Shown here: one piece after another, positions 16,618-21,897 of the stretch | How positions within the stretch are numbered: the stretch's first letter is position 1 | How the letters are laid out: the number at the start of each line of letters is the position of its first letter | NCBI GenBank assembly: GCA_038245295.1 | Contig: JBBRSP010000051.1 | Location: 1-21,897, forward strand | Direction of reading: 5' to 3' | Length of the DNA stretch: 21,897 nucleotides | Source of the DNA: Candidatus Binatia bacterium | GTDB lineage: Bacteria; Desulfobacterota; Binatia; HRBIN30 | Made by a program: the position numbers and the translations under genes | Notes under the pieces: generated by a model | Told to the model about the DNA's origin: nothing | Databases searched by the model: none | Seen by the model: the letters and a program-made list of their open reading frames with translations, nothing else

Positions 16618-17895
16618 TCAAGGCCAATCCAAACGCCATGAATCAGACGCTCGCAAACCAACGAGCACAAAGTTGTGGTAGATCTCCTCGTGCGAACGCC
16701 CGGCGGCTGCCTGCGATGCACGGTCGTCGAAGTGCTCATCCTGAAACCAGAACTGGTGTGACAGCGTCAGGCTCAGCCAATCGGTGATTTTGTACGCGAG
16801 GCCAACGGTCGTCTGGTACACGTCGGTGTTGGACATATCGAGTTGGTTCTTCGAATACGTGAAGCCGGCGCCGAGGCCGAGGTGGCGTGTGATGTCATAG
16901 GAAACACCGGTCGCGGCCGTGTCCGCGGTCACGGCGCCGACACGTCCGACCGTCGTGCCCTGGCGGCGAAAGTAGGCCAGTGAGATGGATCCGTCTTCGA
17001 CGTGATAGGTCGCCGTTGCGGCCGCATCGGCATCGACGCTGCCATCCGAGAAGCGCGGCCCTGCCTGCAGCAACACATCCAACAACTCCGTGACACGATA
17101 CGCCCAACCGAGCAGCACGGTGTGGGTGGTCAGATCCTGATTCGCCGCCGCCTGGCCTTGATTGCCGAAGGTGAAGCGGTTCCACGCATACCCGACCCGC
17201 AACGTCTGATTGGCGTCGAGTTTCCAACTCAACGCCGTGTTGGCGATCTGCGAGTCGTTGGTGGCGCCGCGCTGGTCGGTTCGCTGAAAGGCATAACTCG
17301 CCGACGCGTCGAGGACGTGGCTGAGTTGATACGCGACGGACGGCGAACCCGAATACTCGTGCGCCGCGACGCGACGCGTGTCGAGATTGGTGGCCGTGAA
17401 CAGGGACGTGCCGCCATGCGGATCGATCAATTGGAAGAGATTCAGATCGCGCGCCGTGTCGGTGCCGCGGTAGAGGCCGCGCAACCCAAGCGTCAGACGC
17501 CGTATCGGCAGGTAGGTCAAGGTTGTCGTCGCCAGTTGCCGCGCCGGGAACGAAGTCAGACTCGAGTGCCGCGCGTAGACGTCGGCATCAAGACGATAGT
17601 CGGCCACCAGGGTGAACGGCTCCGACTTATACCCGGCGCCAAGCCCCGGGCTGAAGCGGGTAATGAAATCGTCTTCGCGCCCGACCGATGTTGTGCCGGT
17701 TGCCGGCGCGGGCGGATTCGACGGCGCCGAAAAGACATTGTCGTCGAATACCTCGGCCGTGGTGAACATGGGTGTGACATACGCCCCGGCCTGCGCTTGG
17801 GCGCCGCTCGGCCCCAGCCGCCAACCGACGACACACAACAAGACGACCCAGCCGGCGATCTTGAGCTTTGCCAAACGTCTTTCCCGTCTCCTCAC
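16618..17895 (-). CDS. Outer-membrane beta-barrel protein associated with polysaccharide export
   Basis: Signal peptide (AQA-QA), EVFDDNVF and DDFITRFSPG start, alternating aromatic/Gly strands throughout, located directly upstream of the OPX gene; GTGA overlap with the upstream gene. Confidence 0.8.
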   Translation of the reverse strand: MRRRERRLAKLKIAGWVVLLCVVGWRLGPSGAQAQAGAYVTPMFTTAEVFDDNVFSAPSNPPAPATGTTSVGREDDFITRFSPGLGAGYKSEPFTLVADYRLDADVYARHSSLTSFPARQLATTTLTYLPIRRLTLGLRGLYRGTDTARDLNLFQLIDPHGGTSLFTATNLDTRRVAAHEYSGSPSVAYQLSHVLDASASYAFQRTDQRGATNDSQIANTALSWKLDANQTLRVGYAWNRFTFGNQGQAAANQDLTTHTVLLGWAYRVTELLDVLLQAGPRFSDGSVDADAAATATYHVEDGSISLAYFRRQGTTVGRVGAVTADTAATGVSYDITRHLGLGAGFTYSKNQLDMSNTDVYQTTVGLAYKITDWLSLTLSHQFWFQDEHFDDRASQAAAGRSHEEIYHNFVLVGLRASDSWRLDWP

Positions 17896-20714
17896 CGCTT
17901 CCTCCTCGTTGCCGCTGCGCCAGTCGCGGTGCGCGATGCCGGTGGACGCTCAACGGCGTCCGCATCAACGCTTGGATGGCCGCGCCACTGGCGATCGCCG
18001 GAACCGACAATAAGCACGCCGCCGCTGTCGCTCACAACCGGCGCGCCGCCGGAGTTGGTATCGATCTGAAGTGTTAGTGTCTCGTCGTTCGTCTGCTGGC
18101 TGACATGATACGTCACGTTCGGCGCCAGACCGGTAATCAGATGCGTCGCCGTGGTGGCCGGGACGCGATAAGTCAAAGCGCCAAACGGAGCCTCACTGCG
18201 CACCTTGAACAACACGGCCGTCTTATCAACGACGGCACCCTCGTATGGCGTCTCACCCGACGATTCGATCAGACTGGGCGGCACCAACGCCGTGCCGAAG
18301 TCGGACCCTTGCACGACGTGCAGAAAGCGCGCGTCCGACGGATCATCGGGTGCTCCCACCACAAGAAGGGCGTTCATCGGCTCGTTGACGGCGGTTTCGT
18401 CGCGACACGTACACGACGGACAGCTCGGAGCGGCGCAGGCACAGACGCCGGTCGCCGCATCGACGTCGACGCAGTGCCGCGCCGCATCACTGTCGCAGTC
18501 GACGCGCTCGCCGCTTGCGACGGTGCAGGTTCCGGTCATCTGCCGTTTGCGTTCGATGGACAGGTTCGGACGCGCCGGCAGCAGAGTCGTGGTGTAGAGC
18601 TCGGCGCGCGGCGCGTGGGTCGAGACGCCGGCGACGGAATGCGTATCGTACACCGTCTGATGCGTGGTTTCGGCGAGGATGCGGGGAACCGCCGGCATCG
18701 CCAGCGTGAATCGTTTGAAGTGCCCGGCACTGCGGGTCGTGGCGCGATCATAGATGACAAGGAAATCGGGCTTGAGCCAGACCACGTCGCGTGTGGCGTG
18801 TACGACATCGTCGACCTTCTGACGCTTGTCATAAAGGTTGTATAACGGCGCGGCTTCACCACTCACGTATATGAAATTCGCGGCAAGGCTTTGGGCCAGC
18901 AGTCGCGGATCGCCGGCGGGCGCGTAGGCATACTGACCGCCGTGACGGTTCGACGTCGTGTGATGCGGTAGTGTGTCGCTGACCGGCAGCGGATTGTTTT
19001 GGATCGACATGGCGTTGTTGTAATCCGATCTCTGCGCGATCGCGCCATATCCGATCCAGCGCTTGGTGAGCCAGACACCGTTACGCCAGAGCTCGAAGCT
19101 GTTGCCGTCGCCGTGTTGGTGATCGATGCGATTCCAACCGAGGCGATAGTCAAAGTAGGTGGCGTTGATGCCCTCACCGTGACGCGCGAAGATGGCGCCC
19201 ATCGTCGCGTTGTCATCAAACGACGCGAAGACGTTTGTGGGTTGGTTGGCTCGGGGATCGAGGACCGCCGCGGGCGCCGTCGGATCGAACAGCAGGAAGT
19301 AGGTGATAGCGTCGATCAGGCGTTGTTGGCTGTAGCTAGCGCGAATACGTTCCGCGAGTACGCTGGCGCCGCCGGGCGCCAGATGGGTTTGGATATAGCG
19401 CACGGCCTGCAGGCGCGGCGCGGTGGTGCCGTGGCGGTAATAGTCATAGAGCGCCAGCGGCCCGAGGACCTTGATGAACTGATCATTCTGCCCATACACC
19501 TCGCCGTCGCCGAACCACGCCAGCTCGAATTGCGGGCCGCGCCACTCTTCACCGTCTACCAAGCGCGGTGCCGGCGGTAGATGCGAAAGAAACGCGTCAA
19601 CCGATTTGTCCCAGAACGGGTTGCCCTCCAAGACGACCTGCGATCCCCACCGCGACGCATCGTCCTGGCCTGCCGTGTAGAGGGCCAGCAAGGACAGAGC
19701 GACCGGACCGAGGCCGTTGGTCATGTACTCGAGTCCCTCTTGTGAACCGCCGCCGGCACCGTCGTGACGCAGGGCGTAGTCGGTTTGATACAGCCAGCCG
19801 CCGGTGCCGAGGCGCAGGTACCCCGTGTTCTTGTAGATCCATTCGTCCGGCGTGGCCCCAACGGTGTAGCCCGTGAGAGCGCCGGGCGGCGCGTCGTCAC
19901 CGGCGGCGCGCGGCACGTCGTCGGTCGGGTCGAGCGCCATGGGCATGAAGATCATCATCTTCAAGCGCGTTGCGTAGTGATTGTTGAGCGCCTCGCGGAC
20001 CGCCTGACGTTGATCGACAACGTCTTGCGGTGCCGGTGGAGTCAGGCGCAACAGAGCTGGATCGTTGACGAGGCCCTGTGGGTTCCACGGCGAGAAGTAC
20101 ACCGCCTCATTTGCCTTGCGTCCCCACCACAGGAAGGTCTTGCGGATCTTGCCGAGGTCGACGGCCGACAGAGCACCGGGGTGGGCTTGCAGCCAGTCCA
20201 CCGCCAGCGGGAATGCCTCGGCGGCGAATCCGCGATCGGCAAGAATGAAGTCGGGATGGCGAAATGGTGGATACCGCCCGTCGGCATCCGGTGTTGCCGG
20301 CCCGAGCACGGCCCGATCGATGACATTCATCAGACATTCGCGCGCCGCCGTCACATAGAGTTGCCGGCGCTGCGGATCCGTCTCCAGCAGCGAGACAAAG
20401 GCGAACAGCATGGCGTATTGTTCCGACTTGTAGTTGCTGTTGCCCGTGTGTGTGCCGCCATCGAGTTGTGGCACCTTGTGGCTGCGCCAATCTTCCAAGG
20501 CGACCTGGACCTGACTCTCGAACGCGACCCAGACCGGATTGGACGGCGTCATGCGCCGACGGAGCTCGGCGAGATCGGTGGTGCGCAGCAGCAGCCGCGG
20601 GTGTGTCTTCACCGGCTCGGCGCGCAGCACGCGCACGGCGACCAGGTTCAGGAGCACCATCAACAGAAGCAACGGCCTGCGTCGACAGGGTCGAGTCAAG
20701 CCAAGGCAATACAT
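17892..20714 (-). CDS. Secreted heparinase II/III-like protein (putative polysaccharide lyase)
   Basis: AGGAG RBS; signal peptide; HPRLLL start, NNH, EGLEY, HQHGDGNSFELWRNG, RDVVWLKPDFLVIYDR, RFLHVVQ motifs. Confidence 0.75.
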   Translation of the reverse strand: MYCLGLTRPCRRRPLLLLMVLLNLVAVRVLRAEPVKTHPRLLLRTTDLAELRRRMTPSNPVWVAFESQVQVALEDWRSHKVPQLDGGTHTGNSNYKSEQYAMLFAFVSLLETDPQRRQLYVTAARECLMNVIDRAVLGPATPDADGRYPPFRHPDFILADRGFAAEAFPLAVDWLQAHPGALSAVDLGKIRKTFLWWGRKANEAVYFSPWNPQGLVNDPALLRLTPPAPQDVVDQRQAVREALNNHYATRLKMMIFMPMALDPTDDVPRAAGDDAPPGALTGYTVGATPDEWIYKNTGYLRLGTGGWLYQTDYALRHDGAGGGSQEGLEYMTNGLGPVALSLLALYTAGQDDASRWGSQVVLEGNPFWDKSVDAFLSHLPPAPRLVDGEEWRGPQFELAWFGDGEVYGQNDQFIKVLGPLALYDYYRHGTTAPRLQAVRYIQTHLAPGGASVLAERIRASYSQQRLIDAITYFLLFDPTAPAAVLDPRANQPTNVFASFDDNATMGAIFARHGEGINATYFDYRLGWNRIDHQHGDGNSFELWRNGVWLTKRWIGYGAIAQRSDYNNAMSIQNNPLPVSDTLPHHTTSNRHGGQYAYAPAGDPRLLAQSLAANFIYVSGEAAPLYNLYDKRQKVDDVVHATRDVVWLKPDFLVIYDRATTRSAGHFKRFTLAMPAVPRILAETTHQTVYDTHSVAGVSTHAPRAELYTTTLLPARPNLSIERKRQMTGTCTVASGERVDCDSDAARHCVDVDAATGVCACAAPSCPSCTCRDETAVNEPMNALLVVGAPDDPSDARFLHVVQGSDFGTALVPPSLIESSGETPYEGAVVDKTAVLFKVRSEAPFGALTYRVPATTATHLITGLAPNVTYHVSQQTNDETLTLQIDTNSGGAPVVSDSGGVLIVGSGDRQWRGHPSVDADAVERPPASRTATGAAATRRKR

Positions 20715-20790
20715 GCGCCACTCCTACCCCGCGAGCGCGTTCCGCCGCAACGCTGCAACGGCTGACGGTAGTGGGCTCTTCCCAAGGGTA

Positions 20791-21083
20791 GGCAACGTCA
20801 TCCCGGCGGAGGCGGGGACCCAGCGTAACCGAACGCATAGCTACGTTTTCATCACTGACCCCCGGCCTTCGAGACTGTCGATTCATCGTTTGAAACTGCG
20901 CAAACACCTCCGTCATACCGGCGAAAGCCGGTATCTCGCCAGCTTCCGAGGCTTCCAGCATGGGGAGATCCCGGTTTTCACCGGGATGACGTTGCTCCAC
21001 TTTGGTTTTGCGACAGACTCCTTCACCGGGGATGACGTTGCTTCATTTCAGTCTATCGACAGTCTCCTTCGCCGGGGTGACGG
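20791..21083. repeat. Cluster of CGTC-tagged palindromic repeats including the inverted copy 2 of the ~145-bp repeat (20861-21001)
   Basis: CGTCATCCCGGCGGAGGCGGGGACCC at 20796; full doublet at about 20911-20991; half units CGACAG(A/T)CTCCTTC(A/G)CCGGGG(A)TGACG at 21011 and 21057. Confidence 0.88.
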
Positions 21084-21136
21084 CGCCTCCAGGTCACGCG
21101 ATGGAAGCAGCGTCGCGTCGCTTGTATGCTGGCGGC

Positions 21137-21658
21137 ATGAACAACCCGACTCCGATCACCATTCGCCAGGCGACGCGCGAGGACGAAGCAGCGCTGGGAC
21201 GCCTGGGTGCCGAGCTGATGCGTGTCCACTATGAATTTGATCGGCAACGCTTCCTGGCGCCCGGCCCACACGCCGCGAAGGGTTACGGGCGATTCCTGGC
21301 GTCGCAGCAGGAGAGTGACGATGTCGTGGTGTTCGTCGCCGAGCGGGCCGGGCAGATCGTCGCTTATGTCTACGCCGGCGTCGAACCATTGTCCTGGAAG
21401 GAACTGCGCGATCGTGCCGGCTTCGTGCACGATGTCATCGTCGACCCTGATGCACGCGGGACCGGCGTGGCGGCGCGCCTCGTCGAAGCAGCGGCCGAGT
21501 GGTTGGCAACGCGCAACGTGCCACGCGTGATGTTGTGGACCGCCGAACCCAACAGCGCGGCTCAGAGTCTGTTCACGCGCCTTGGGTTCCGCCGCACGAT
21601 GATCGAGATGACGCGGGAAACGAAAGGTGAGTCGGGCACAACGAAGGTTGAAGGTTGA
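21137..21658 (+). CDS. GNAT-family N-acetyltransferase
   Basis: ITIRQATRED, VFVAE..GQIVAY, FVHDVIVDPDARGTGVAARLV (motif A), NSAAQSLFTRLGF. ATG 21137 lies 6 nt after TATGCT; the track's start at 21002 is inside repeats. Confidence 0.9.
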   Translation: MNNPTPITIRQATREDEAALGRLGAELMRVHYEFDRQRFLAPGPHAAKGYGRFLASQQESDDVVVFVAERAGQIVAYVYAGVEPLSWKELRDRAGFVHDVIVDPDARGTGVAARLVEAAAEWLATRNVPRVMLWTAEPNSAAQSLFTRLGFRRTMIEMTRETKGESGTTKVEG

Positions 21659-21704
21659 CGGGGATGCGTTAGCCGGGCGACGCGCATCGGAACTTCAGCC
21701 CGTG

Positions 21705-21767
21705 GTGGGCGCAGGTTTTAGCCGGCGGAGAGCTGGACGGCATGTGCAAAGCCAACCGCAGGCTTCA
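21705..21767. repeat. Degenerate GTAG-family REP doublet whose second REP is interrupted
   Basis: GTGGGCGCAGGTTTTAGCCGGCG (21705-21727), then a half REP CGCAGGCTTCA (21757-21767). Confidence 0.6.
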
Positions 21768-21897
21768 GAGGCTGTCTCAAAACATAGGCTCACCCTTCGA
21801 CGGGCTCAGGGCGAGCGGACAAAATGTCTTTGAAAATCAACCAAGCACCCGCTCAGGCTGAGCCTGTCGAAGCCGGCTCCGCAAGGTTTTGAGACAG
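21768..21897. mobile_element. MITE with IS5-like terminal inverted repeats, containing a palindrome doublet; right end cut by the window edge
   Basis: GAGGCTGTCTCAAAAC (21768-21783) and GTTTTGAGACAG (21886-21897) share 12 bp of perfect IR as far as visible; internal CCCTTCGACGGGCTCAGGGCGAGCGG and CCGCTCAGGCTGAGCCTGTCGAAGC. Confidence 0.75.

Noticed and set aside
16224..16739. ORFs across the mosaic spacer (and 11000-11466, 20107-21234)
   Set aside because: They translate repeat DNA (e.g. RRLKPAPT, PSPSPSP) or overlap real genes.
1..21897. tRNA, rRNA or riboswitch
   Set aside because: No cloverleaf or conserved RNA motif was recognised by eye; tRNAscan-SE and Infernal/Rfam would be needed to exclude them.

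Overview
GC-rich bacterial DNA. The gene style is compatible with a Binatia/'Deltaproteobacteria'-type organism (inference only). From left to right: a Uma2-family nuclease running off the left edge; a ~1280-aa secreted surface protein (14 Cys-paired propeller blades, CSLREA-type motif, beta-helix region, duplicated C-terminal module); two coupled L,D-transpeptidases; a DUF1993 gene; a Phd/VapC toxin-antitoxin pair with an operator palindrome; about 1.3 kb of decayed gene pieces (TolB-like fragment, tyrosine-recombinase tail, nonsense-mutated secreted protein); an apparently intact REP-associated tyrosine transposase (RAYT/TnpA-REP) inside BIME-like arrays of GTAG REPs; an incomplete exopolysaccharide locus (acetyltransferase and deacetylase facing heparinase-like protein, OM beta-barrel, short OPX/Wza, co-polymerase and BY-kinase); and a GNAT gene. 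The non-coding structure is the most unusual part. At least four distinct palindromic repeat families occur, two MITE-like elements are nested inside repeats, a ~145-bp inverted repeat pair lies 13 kb apart, and the RAYT cassette seems to sit on a gene-breaking junction. All family assignments come from motif recognition by eye; no database search was run.
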